Source of the DNA: a virus
Lineage: Duplodnaviria > Caudoviricetes
IMG/VR virus record: IMGVR_UViG_3300022670_000248
Location: 1 to 37,413 of that record
DNA: 37,413 nucleotides
Strand: one strand, 5' to 3'
The first letter of the stretch is position 1. Each line of letters opens with the position of its first letter. Below are positions 10,797 to 18,616 of the stretch, in pieces. The translations under genes and the position numbers were made by a program. The notes under the pieces are model-generated. The model was given only the letters and a program-made list of their open reading frames with translations. It did not search any database and had not been told where the DNA came from.

Positions 10797-11110
10797 AAGG
10801 CTTTGTAATCCGGTATCGTCAAATCCCAACAAATTTCGAATGCCATAAGTTGGGTAGCAAAAGGGAGATTCCTTACATTGTCAAATTCATCCGGTTCCCC
10901 GGCAGCATACGCTATTGCCTTAGCCATGAACTCTGGGAACTGATCCGCAATCCCAGTCAGATCAAGTCGGCTTTCCATCAACTGTTCGATGGGTTCTTTG
11001 TATTCGTTAATGAGCAACCCTAGATCGGTCAGTGTCAATCCGCGCACTTCGAAGGAATTAGACTCATCGATCACGATGGTCTTGTGCGCTATCACAATAT
11101 CTTTCAACAT
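10712..11110 (-). CDS. Tail assembly chaperone (lambda G-like)
   Basis: 132 aa between major tail and tape measure genes, with G GGA AAG slippery sites. Confidence 0.85.
   Translation of the reverse strand: MLKDIVIAHKTIVIDESNSFEVRGLTLTDLGLLINEYKEPIEQLMESRLDLTGIADQFPEFMAKAIAYAAGEPDEFDNVRNLPFATQLMAFEICWDLTIPDYKALGKLVERIQGFIPKSQGKMVLRSSPKKK
10790..10796 (-). other. -1 ribosomal frameshift heptamer G GGA AAG (further in-frame candidates at 10745-10751 and 10718-10724)
   Basis: Same heptamer as the lambda G/GT site, in the correct phase (TTG GGA AAG to GGG AAA GCT). Confidence 0.7.
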
Positions 11111-11130
11111 AGTCTCAGTCTCGTCGTTGG

Positions 11131-11160
11131 AAAAACTTGGCGGGGAATTTCAACCCCGCC
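11131..11160 (-). terminator. Intrinsic terminator/attenuator after the major tail gene
   Basis: GGCGGGG-8 nt loop-CCCCGCC followed by AAGTTTTT on the minus strand. Confidence 0.7.
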
Positions 11161-11168
11161 GAATTATT

Positions 11169-11182
11169 TGATACTAGTATCA
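11169..11182. repeat. 14-bp palindrome TGATACTAGTATCA, copy 1
   Basis: Perfect palindrome; intergenic, between the major tail stop and the hairpin. Confidence 0.8.
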
Positions 11183-11189
11183 CGCACCT

Positions 11190-11963
11190 TTAATTGGTGG
11201 TGACCTGTCTGATGGTGAAGTAATTTGAACCAGTGAGTCGGGTGGCATCTGACAGGGCTGTCATCTCCACTGCCATTTCAGCAAGTTCTTCGTTGATCAA
11301 GGCCAGTTCCGCAAGCGGCTGTACCGAAGCGAGATAAACATCGATAACAACAGGCTTATCGCCATCGGCTGTATTGAGACCTTCGAAGCGTACCCAACGC
11401 TCAGGAGCAGACGAAGTTTCAATGCCTTCGATCTGATCGTAACTAGCAAAAGTGTAATCGACAAACACAACTTGAAGGTCGGTAATCGCGCCCGTGCTCA
11501 GAACTCTAATTGAACCAGTCGCCTCGTTCAATTCGTAATCAGTATCCAGAACATAGGTAATAGTCGGTGTGGCGTCATCACCAACAACAACCGCCGACAC
11601 ATTGATGTTATCAAGTGCTACCCACAGATCATGACGGGCTTCAAGCAGTTCATCAGAAACAGTCGCACCAACAACAGCAGCAGCACTACCGTATAAGGCC
11701 AGAGCCAGATTCTCATCCGAGATATTCTCGATGGTCATCGCAAGGGTCACAGCAATTTCTTGCACGATCTCCTTATCGATTCCGCGAGTACCCGAACACG
11801 ATTCTTTATGTTGAAAAACAGTAGTCTCTACACCGAGAGTCAACGCAGAGACATTACCAACAGCACGAAATCCTTCCGGCTCTCCCGTAACAGGGTCTTT
11901 GGTTGCAATCAGTACAGAGCCTTGACCAGAGTAGTATTGATTCGTAACACATGAATTAGACAT
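11190..11963 (-). CDS. Major tail (tube) protein
   Basis: 257 aa: YYSGQGSV..GNVSAL..HKES.SG.R...RFEGLNTA, with an internal DYELNEATGSI insert. Position matches. Confidence 0.9.
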   Translation of the reverse strand: MSNSCVTNQYYSGQGSVLIATKDPVTGEPEGFRAVGNVSALTLGVETTVFQHKESCSGTRGIDKEIVQEIAVTLAMTIENISDENLALALYGSAAAVVGATVSDELLEARHDLWVALDNINVSAVVVGDDATPTITYVLDTDYELNEATGSIRVLSTGAITDLQVVFVDYTFASYDQIEGIETSSAPERWVRFEGLNTADGDKPVVIDVYLASVQPLAELALINEELAEMAVEMTALSDATRLTGSNYFTIRQVTTN

Positions 11964-11979
11964 AACAAACCTCTATAAT

Positions 11980-12195
11980 TTAAGAAATAATGCCCCGCGC
12001 TTTTAACTTCCGTACCGTAGGCGGGAAATCAAGAACTATAGGATCACCAGAATTATAAGCCACACCCTCATGAGTATGGCTATCAACTACAACAGTGTAT
12101 ACATTAGATTCTGGCGGGGACTCATCTTCTGATTCCTCACCAATATCCTCACCCTTGTCGGAGTCCTTCACATTCAGCTTTTTCTTTCGCGCCAT
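11980..12195 (-). CDS. Small hypothetical virion-module protein
   Basis: Likely start MARKKK at 12195 with a GAGG SD. C-terminal HTHEGVAYNSGD motif. Confidence 0.6.
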   Translation of the reverse strand: MARKKKLNVKDSDKGEDIGEESEDESPPESNVYTVVVDSHTHEGVAYNSGDPIVLDFPPTVRKLKARGIIS

Positions 12196-12218
12196 AACAA
12201 CCTCTGAAAGTAAGTTCA

Positions 12219-12247
12219 AGCATATAACTACCTAACGAATCATTCAA
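12219..12247 (-). promoter_or_regulatory. Putative late-class promoter TTGAAT-N17(GTTAGGTAG)-TATGCT
   Basis: Shares a 16-bp exact repeat with the 17456-17484 site. Upstream of the major tail operon. Confidence 0.65.
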
Positions 12248-12675
12248 CGAATTATTTGATAAGAAGTTACCCACCGTTGCCGGTATATCAATTTGTCATC
12301 CACCCCAAAATCCGGTAATTCTGATTCCAGTTCCCACTTCCATTGAGTTGTAGGCTCATCACAAGCTATAGCCTTCCGAAGTCGCTGCAACAATTCAGTC
12401 GCAACCGGGACTCTGGGGGAGTTTTTAATTTGGGATAGGGACTCTGATCGGGTAATCAAATAGACATCGAAAACGATATCGTGATGCCTCCCACTTTTTC
12501 TCATTCCCGAATAATTAAACAGCACCGTAGGAAGGGCTGTGCGTTGTTGCTGAGAGGACAACTGCGAGGGGCTATAGATATACAGGGATTTGCCTTTTAA
12601 CTCAGGCTCAGCCTCAATGAGAGCACCTAGCTGTTCGGCTAGTGCAGTGATAACGTCTGTGCTTTTATCTGTCAT
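12244..12675 (-). CDS. Tail terminator / tail completion protein
   Basis: 143 aa between the neck gene and the major tail gene; call is mainly positional. Confidence 0.6.
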   Translation of the reverse strand: MTDKSTDVITALAEQLGALIEAEPELKGKSLYIYSPSQLSSQQQRTALPTVLFNYSGMRKSGRHHDIVFDVYLITRSESLSQIKNSPRVPVATELLQRLRKAIACDEPTTQWKWELESELPDFGVDDKLIYRQRWVTSYQIIR

Positions 12676-13106
12676 TACAGTGCCGATTTAATTCGGGCCG
12701 AGATTACTGCCTCAACCCCACGTTCGTCCTCATCATTAAAACCTAGAAATACACGATCAGCATTTCCTTCCAAACCGAATTGATGCTTCTCAGCATAATC
12801 AACATTCGTGAAAATAGTTCGAATCCCTTTGACGCCACGGCCCAAGGATATACTGTTAAATAACGTCCCGGTATCAAACAAGGTTTTACCGCCCTCACCT
12901 GCCTCTCTTCGAGCAGCGGCAGCAAAGGACTCAACCCATGTGGTTCCGTCTGGTGCTTCTTGATTTAAAAAACGGGTACGAATTCTAAATAGCAGAAATG
13001 CACCAGCAGCATCAAGGATATCCTCCGTATTCGTGTCAAGCTTCAAGGACTCTAGATCGTTTTTTAAAGCCTGAAGACCAACGATCCGAAGATTAAGCCC
13101 ACTCAT
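12675..13106 (-). CDS. Phage virion morphogenesis (neck) protein, Mu gpG / P2 S-like
   Basis: RF..Q.APDG..W, LFDTGTLFNSI, NVDYA..HQFG, R.FLG motifs. Confidence 0.88.
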   Translation of the reverse strand: MSGLNLRIVGLQALKNDLESLKLDTNTEDILDAAGAFLLFRIRTRFLNQEAPDGTTWVESFAAAARREAGEGGKTLFDTGTLFNSISLGRGVKGIRTIFTNVDYAEKHQFGLEGNADRVFLGFNDEDERGVEAVISARIKSAL

Positions 13107-13768
13107 CGCACTACGTCGATATGTCCCGGCTCGATTCGAATATGATCAGCAATCAGATACTCAAGATTCCCGGCATTCGCATCAGCGGGATTATCTTTGG
13201 AAGGGTTAGTGATCTGATAAATTTCACGACCTTTAATCAGGGCCGACTCTTCCAACCAGTCGGGTACGCCCGTGTAGCGTTTTCCATCAGGGGTATTCCC
13301 AACGGCTAACCCATGATCGTAGGTGATCCGAAAAGTGAAGTCGATAAAATTAACAGCAATTCTACGACTAATCGCAGGCATGGATAGATCGGAGTTAAAC
13401 CCAAATGAATCGAATCGAACCGTCCCGCGCTCTTCATTGATTTTTAGGAACTCATCAAGGATTATCGGAGCACTGGACAGATCATCCTCCGTCCCTCCGT
13501 AGATCGCAGTCAGGGCGTTTGTAGTCTGATCGACAAACCCGTTCGTCAGCTTAAAATGTAGGTATCGATCCCCCCGCTTCGCAATATCACGAGTAATATA
13601 AAAATCGTCTACTACGCCAACAGTGGGATCAAGGTTACCAAGTCGAAAAATGGATTTAATTTGGGTGGTTGCGGATACAAGATTGGCATACAAGGTAGGA
13701 CGCAAATCAGCATGGTCAACACCGTTGATTCGCAGGATTAATTGATCTACCGTTGTAAGTGCAAACAT
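13103..13768 (-). CDS. Head-tail adaptor/connector protein
   Basis: Position, plus ITYDHG and VPDWLEESA motifs typical of adaptors. Confidence 0.6.
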   Translation of the reverse strand: MFALTTVDQLILRINGVDHADLRPTLYANLVSATTQIKSIFRLGNLDPTVGVVDDFYITRDIAKRGDRYLHFKLTNGFVDQTTNALTAIYGGTEDDLSSAPIILDEFLKINEERGTVRFDSFGFNSDLSMPAISRRIAVNFIDFTFRITYDHGLAVGNTPDGKRYTGVPDWLEESALIKGREIYQITNPSKDNPADANAGNLEYLIADHIRIEPGHIDVVR

Positions 13769-13771
13769 TTT

Positions 13772-14182
13772 TTACGTAACCATATCCGCGTTGGTTTCTT
13801 TGTCAGCCGCCACCTTTAATTTAGGTGCAGCCTTTTTCTTTGGTGCTGATTTTGCCTTTGCATTTTTCTTGGCAGCGGCAAGGGCTTTTTTATTAGCCTC
13901 TTCCTGTTCCGCAAATCGTTTTTCCATGTCTTCAACAGACTCTTCAGGAACTTGACCGGATTCCTCTGCGGCATTTGCTGCCAATGCTTCTTCCGTCAGA
14001 TTAATAATATTTTCGCCATCGGCAACCTGAGTAGGAAGGATCACTTTGAAAACAGGCATGTCGTTGATCGTACAGGCACACAATCTCTGTGCTTGTTTCT
14101 CATCAACCTCGTAAACCCGGTGGTGCAGGTACATCATACCGGCTTTGGTAAAACGCTTAACAAAAGTTAGTCGCACTAACAT
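13772..14182 (-). CDS. Hypothetical protein with acidic and Lys/Ala-rich tail
   Basis: 136 aa, GGAGA SD, located in the head module. Confidence 0.6.
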   Translation of the reverse strand: MLVRLTFVKRFTKAGMMYLHHRVYEVDEKQAQRLCACTINDMPVFKVILPTQVADGENIINLTEEALAANAAEESGQVPEESVEDMEKRFAEQEEANKKALAAAKKNAKAKSAPKKKAAPKLKVAADKETNADMVT

Positions 14183-14202
14183 ATCTCATCTCCGTCTCGT
14201 TG

Positions 14203-14236
14203 AAAAAAGGAAGCCCCATATTACAGGGACTCCCTT
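14203..14236 (-). terminator. Intrinsic terminator
   Basis: AAGGGAGTCCC...GGGGCTTCCTT stem followed by a T-run on the minus strand. Confidence 0.7.
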
Positions 14237-14249
14237 CGGGTTACTACAT

Positions 14250-14495
14250 TTAAAAGAAAATGATATCCACAGTATCGGTGTCGGCCCAATCCACGCCGCC
14301 CGTATTACCGATGGTCACTTTAGAGTTGGCAATAACAATCAAGCCATCCCACGCTATAAGCGCACCTGCTGCTGATCGGACAACAACAATCGCGCCTAAT
14401 GGTGCGGAGAAGTCAGTATTAAAACTGATCTCCGTATCGGTAACATTTTGAGCCGTTACCACATGACGAGCACCATGACACTTTCCGATTTCCAT
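14250..14495 (-). CDS. Putative capsid decoration/cement protein
   Basis: 81 aa, beta-rich, directly downstream of the capsid gene, GAGGA SD. Function inferred from position. Confidence 0.55.
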   Translation of the reverse strand: MEIGKCHGARHVVTAQNVTDTEISFNTDFSAPLGAIVVVRSAAGALIAWDGLIVIANSKVTIGNTGGVDWADTDTVDIIFF

Positions 14496-14525
14496 AGCTT
14501 TATCCTCTGGGTTAAAAGAACAATC

Positions 14526-14547
14526 AAAAGGGGGGAGTTATCCCCCC
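14526..14547 (-). terminator. Intrinsic terminator/attenuator after the capsid gene
   Basis: GGGGGGA-TAAC-TCCCCCC-TTTT. Confidence 0.75.
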
Positions 14548-14554
14548 AATCAGA

Positions 14555-15523
14555 TTACCCGATGTTGGTGAACTTGACCACCGCTTCTTCTTCTTCGTAT
14601 TTGAAATCAACACGAAGCGTCATAACGATAACGAACACACGTTGGGTGATGATCTTGTCAACCTCGATAGACAGTTGACGCTGAACTCCCCAGATCATGT
14701 TCTGCGGGTTGGTGAACAAGCCTTGAGCGGCAGGCATTACAGCCGCGCCTTCAACTTTGGTTCCCAATGCCCACAGGGTCGGAGTGACCATTTCGTTGAT
14801 GGCATCGCCACCAGCAGTTTCCCGGTTCGCACGAGTGTCCTGATACTCGGTGTAGTTGTCCATGCTCACGAAGCTTTTGAGGGTAGCAAGCTGCTTTTTG
14901 TACTGATCAGGCAGGGTCTTGATACCGTTCTTGAACAAGGCACGAGAAATCACAGCACCGCCATGATCAACCACATTCGAAGTGGCGTCTACGAGGAAGC
15001 CATCCAACAGGGCTAAGTAGGCGTCACCAGAACCAGTATCACCCAACAGGGCCAGTTCTTCGAGGTCAATTGCCACCCGTTCTGCCATCATCTGCATGAT
15101 GGTATCCTTGAACGTACCGCCCACAACACCAGAGCCATTGACAGTTTCGTCGGCATTGATATTGCCCTGCTCGATGTTGTCTTCGATGACATCATACGGC
15201 AAGCGAACTTCGGCAATTACTTCCTTGGTAGTCAGTACAACCTGTTCGGTGCTCGGCTTTGACCGGCGATTAGTCGGGCTGGTGTCCTCATCCAGTGCCA
15301 CAGCAGAAGTAGCAGGCATCAGAATACGGTCACCAAAACCAATCTTGTTGATGTTGCGCTGCGGTGAGGACATCACAACAGTACGCATCTGATTCAAGAT
15401 GGTCGGCGTGGTGCGGAGTTTACGAATGAATGCCGCAGCCTGTTCAGGATTCAGAAGACCGCCTGAAGCAAGGTCTGCAAGAGTCATATCCGCTTTTTGG
15501 ATGATCTTACTATTAGAAGACAT
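14555..15523 (-). CDS. Major capsid protein, PBSX XkdG-like
   Basis: IQKADMTLADLASGGLLNPEQAAAFIR...PTILN...KIGFGDRIL; IEDNIE; DFKYEEEEAVVK. Confidence 0.93.
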   Translation of the reverse strand: MSSNSKIIQKADMTLADLASGGLLNPEQAAAFIRKLRTTPTILNQMRTVVMSSPQRNINKIGFGDRILMPATSAVALDEDTSPTNRRSKPSTEQVVLTTKEVIAEVRLPYDVIEDNIEQGNINADETVNGSGVVGGTFKDTIMQMMAERVAIDLEELALLGDTGSGDAYLALLDGFLVDATSNVVDHGGAVISRALFKNGIKTLPDQYKKQLATLKSFVSMDNYTEYQDTRANRETAGGDAINEMVTPTLWALGTKVEGAAVMPAAQGLFTNPQNMIWGVQRQLSIEVDKIITQRVFVIVMTLRVDFKYEEEEAVVKFTNIG

Positions 15524-15570
15524 ATTAACTACTCCAATTGTTACAAAAAATTTACGTTTTCAAAAAAGAC

Positions 15571-16884
15571 TTAGGAAATCTCTACGTCACCAAAGTCCAA
15601 CACATTATCCCAATTCACTTCCTCGGGCTTTGCAGACTTCTTGCGGGGCGTAGAATCGTCATCAGCCTCTTCAGAGTTCACACTGCCATTCAGAGCTTCA
15701 TCAGTCTTTTTGACCTGTGCTTCCAGAGCGTCAAGACGTTCCGAAAGTTCCTGCTTCACACCTGCCACAGCCTCAGAAACCGGGGCTATTGCCGCTGCAA
15801 TTGTTTCACCAATCGACTTCAGCAGAGCAGCCTGCTTATCATCGTCGTCGGTATCATCGTCCTTTTTGGCTTTCGCAACACACCTGCCTTCCCGAAAAAC
15901 CTGACCGGCAGGGCAAACAGGATGCTGAGCCTTTTTAATTTCGGTTTCATCGTCCCCGGCATCTTCATCGTCACCGCCGTTTTCGTCGTCACCGTTTTCG
16001 TCGTCGTCACCATTACCACCATCATCCTTGGCGATTAAGGCGGCGATTGCTTTTTGCTTTTCCGGGTCTTCGGTGAGTGCAGTAATTTCATCAGAAATTG
16101 CATCACCTTCGTCCTCATCGGAGTCGTCCTTTTTGGCTTTCGCCTTGTCTCCATTTTTCCCGCCATTTTTGTTTTTGGCTTTCTTGGCATCCTTGGCTTT
16201 TTGTTTAATTGAGTCTGAAGTTTCCTGTTCGTTGAGCAATCCTTTTTCAACAGCCAGAACAACATCCTCGCATTTGAACGCTTCCTCGGGAATCGCAGAC
16301 ATCACACCTTCGATGAACCCGGAAAAATCGTTCAGGGCTTTCATCACTGCTGATTTTGTTTCGGCAGCATCGCCCTCAGAAAACACGATATTCCCGATAG
16401 TCTCACCCAAAATCTGATGACCAACCCGGAATGAAGGGAGGAAACCCGCGCTTGCGATATTCTCAGCAAAATCATTCGAGTCAGGAAAGGTCTGTAGACC
16501 TTTTTGAATACCGGCAATCACCAAAGCAGCACCCGCGCTGACTTTGTACAGGGTGACATCCTCGGGAATAGAGTCAGCCTTCAACATGAGAGTATTGGCT
16601 TCGTCAGTTTCTTCTACATGATCGACCTCGAACCCTGCTTCAACCAGTGCTTTTGAATACAACTCAACATCGGCGTCTGGCTGCAATACAACAGCAATCA
16701 CGGAAGGAAGGATTTCGCGCTTGCGAAGGAATAGATTTGATAAATTTAAAGACATTGTGGATTCTCCATCAGATTTGACTATACGAAAAGGAATACGATT
16801 TGCACCCCGCTTCACCAGAGAGACTCGGCTTACATCCATCTCGGATAATTCCCGTGCTTGAATGGTTACCTTTTTACGCGACAT
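15571..16884 (-). CDS. Capsid scaffold protein carrying an N-terminal protease-like strand
   Basis: 437 aa, acidic low-complexity linker and coiled-coil C-terminus, directly before the capsid gene. N-terminal RELxxxxVxxVSLVKRGAN motif. Confidence 0.75.
   Translation of the reverse strand: MSRKKVTIQARELSEMDVSRVSLVKRGANRIPFRIVKSDGESTMSLNLSNLFLRKREILPSVIAVVLQPDADVELYSKALVEAGFEVDHVEETDEANTLMLKADSIPEDVTLYKVSAGAALVIAGIQKGLQTFPDSNDFAENIASAGFLPSFRVGHQILGETIGNIVFSEGDAAETKSAVMKALNDFSGFIEGVMSAIPEEAFKCEDVVLAVEKGLLNEQETSDSIKQKAKDAKKAKNKNGGKNGDKAKAKKDDSDEDEGDAISDEITALTEDPEKQKAIAALIAKDDGGNGDDDENGDDENGGDDEDAGDDETEIKKAQHPVCPAGQVFREGRCVAKAKKDDDTDDDDKQAALLKSIGETIAAAIAPVSEAVAGVKQELSERLDALEAQVKKTDEALNGSVNSEEADDDSTPRKKSAKPEEVNWDNVLDFGDVEIS
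15951..16026 (-). repeat. Imperfect tandem codon repeat encoding GDDDENGDDENGGDDEDAGDDE
   Basis: Repeated tcgtcaccg(cc)gtttt units inside the scaffold gene. Confidence 0.55.
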
Positions 16885-17449
16885 GTGCGAAAACCTCTAC
16901 AAAGCTAAAACGATGAACATGGTCATTAGCCATTTCAGTAATTGTGCCTCGTTTGATCTTGTGAGTATGATCAGAACCATCAATCGTTTCGCCACCAAGA
17001 AAGTTGCCTTCCTCGTCAAAATGTACTTTGAACGTGTGCGCGTGACCGTTTTCTATAAATGTCTCACCCTTCACAAACTCTGGAACTTCTAATTCCAGTT
17101 CGGCATCTGTACCGTGACCTACACCATCCAACGAGAAACCATTGATTTCTCCGCTTTTGATTAGCTCCCAGACTTCAGGGTCATTAATTTTAACCCCGCA
17201 TACCCATGCGTCCATTATAAAATCTGGATCATCCTTACGAGCAACAAAACTTTCGACAATAACAGCAGCTACATCTACTCTGCTGTGCTCAACATCGACT
17301 TTTGTAACCCGTCCGTTGGCTAAAAATCCATGCGCCATTTCACGAACGGTATCGACACTCATGAAGTCATTGTCCGAGTCGGGAATATTTGGAACATACA
17401 CCTCGGCGTAGACAATCTGAAGTTCTTCATCGAGCTTTATTATCTGCAT
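16874..17449 (-). CDS. Prohead serine protease, XkdF-like, with His-rich C-terminus
   Basis: QIVYAEVYVP..PDS..DFM, DVEH, VESFVA, W..IKSGEINGFS.G. Three C-terminal HxH motifs. Confidence 0.88.
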   Translation of the reverse strand: MQIIKLDEELQIVYAEVYVPNIPDSDNDFMSVDTVREMAHGFLANGRVTKVDVEHSRVDVAAVIVESFVARKDDPDFIMDAWVCGVKINDPEVWELIKSGEINGFSLDGVGHGTDAELELEVPEFVKGETFIENGHAHTFKVHFDEEGNFLGGETIDGSDHTHKIKRGTITEMANDHVHRFSFVEVFAHVA

Positions 17450-17455
17450 ACGTGT

Positions 17456-17484
17456 AATTTATAACTACCTAACGATTCAATCAA
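17456..17484 (-). promoter_or_regulatory. Putative late-class promoter TTGATT-N17(GTTAGGTAG)-TAAATT
   Basis: Repeat of the 12219-12247 site. Upstream of protease-scaffold-capsid. Confidence 0.65.
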
Positions 17485-17492
17485 GACATTTT

Positions 17493-17506
17493 TGATACTA
17501 GTGTCA
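17493..17506. repeat. Palindrome copy 2 (TGATACTAGTGTCA, 1 mismatch)
   Basis: 8 nt upstream of the -35 hexamer. Confidence 0.75.
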
Positions 17507-17518
17507 AACAGATTAATT

Positions 17519-18616
17519 CTATTCGTTGGCCTCAATTAGCTTTCTGATGGTTCTTGGAAGGGCAGCATAATCGGTAACGCCGATAGAGGCAGCGATTACC
17601 ACCTCTCGATCAGCAGCCAGAAGATTTCCACCCCCAACACTATCCAAAAACTCAGCAACTCTCGGGTTGACCTGTTTTAATTCGTCCAATCCGGTCACTC
17701 GCGGGTCTACCTGCGCGGGTGCGAGTTTCGCAGCATTCGGAACTTGCTTCAATAATCCACGACACAGCGGGTGAAATGGTGGGGTGTCGAATCCTTTTTC
17801 CCGCAATTGCACCGCAGTCATTTTTTCTAGGGCTGCGACAGACGCTTTATCCTGTTTGGGCCAAGGTGCGAGAATTTTTAAATCATTTGGATCAGTGATT
17901 CTAATCTGGGTGTCTAATTTTGCCAGTGCATCCTTAACCTCAAACACTTTTCCGTGCATCCTACGACAGACAGGACATGTTCGACTGTCCAACACCTCAG
18001 TAATTTCGTACTTGACTATGCCTCTAGCGTGAGCCTCAGACGCGAAACCGTAACCCGCCATTCTAGACATCTGCAAAGACGAGGCAATATTGATCATTCC
18101 TTGCCCGACACTCTTCGCTTGAGCGTTTAATACATTAGGCAGGTTGATTGGATTCACTTTTTGGACATCAACATCGTCACCCTTGCTAAATTCGACTGCT
18201 CTGCGCTCTTCCCACGCAACACGAGCCTCCAATTTGACCGCAGTTTCCATCATTCTGCGCTTTAAAGTCAGTACCATTTGATCGATTTGTATCTGAAACT
18301 GCTTTTGGGCAGTCCCGGCCTGATCCATAACAGCGTCTACGTCCACGATATGGAGTCCTTTGGTAGTACCAGCTATGCGAGTGCCGCCGAAGACGATTGC
18401 AGTCTTAAAAAGCATCCTGATGCGTCTGAGCTTACCCTCGTAAATCAGTTCCGGGTTGATTGTTTCGAGAATTTCGGCAACTTTTGACAGGTCATGCTTT
18501 CGAATAGCTGTTGTGATCTGCGCGACAATGCGATTTTGGATTTTATTCCAGCGTGGTTCTAGCTCTCGGACAAGCGATTGCTCAAGGTCTAGGAAGGCTT
18601 CGTTTCTGACAGCCAT
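17519..18616 (-). CDS. Minor head protein (SPP1 gp7 / Mu gpF-like)
   Basis: LDSRTCPVCRRMHGKVF and PPFHPLCR motifs; follows the portal gene. Confidence 0.88.
   Translation of the reverse strand: MAVRNEAFLDLEQSLVRELEPRWNKIQNRIVAQITTAIRKHDLSKVAEILETINPELIYEGKLRRIRMLFKTAIVFGGTRIAGTTKGLHIVDVDAVMDQAGTAQKQFQIQIDQMVLTLKRRMMETAVKLEARVAWEERRAVEFSKGDDVDVQKVNPINLPNVLNAQAKSVGQGMINIASSLQMSRMAGYGFASEAHARGIVKYEITEVLDSRTCPVCRRMHGKVFEVKDALAKLDTQIRITDPNDLKILAPWPKQDKASVAALEKMTAVQLREKGFDTPPFHPLCRGLLKQVPNAAKLAPAQVDPRVTGLDELKQVNPRVAEFLDSVGGGNLLAADREVVIAASIGVTDYAALPRTIRKLIEANE

Noticed and set aside
10485-10832. Independent 115-aa gene with TTG start
   Set aside because: Better explained as the -1 frameshift extension of the tail chaperone.
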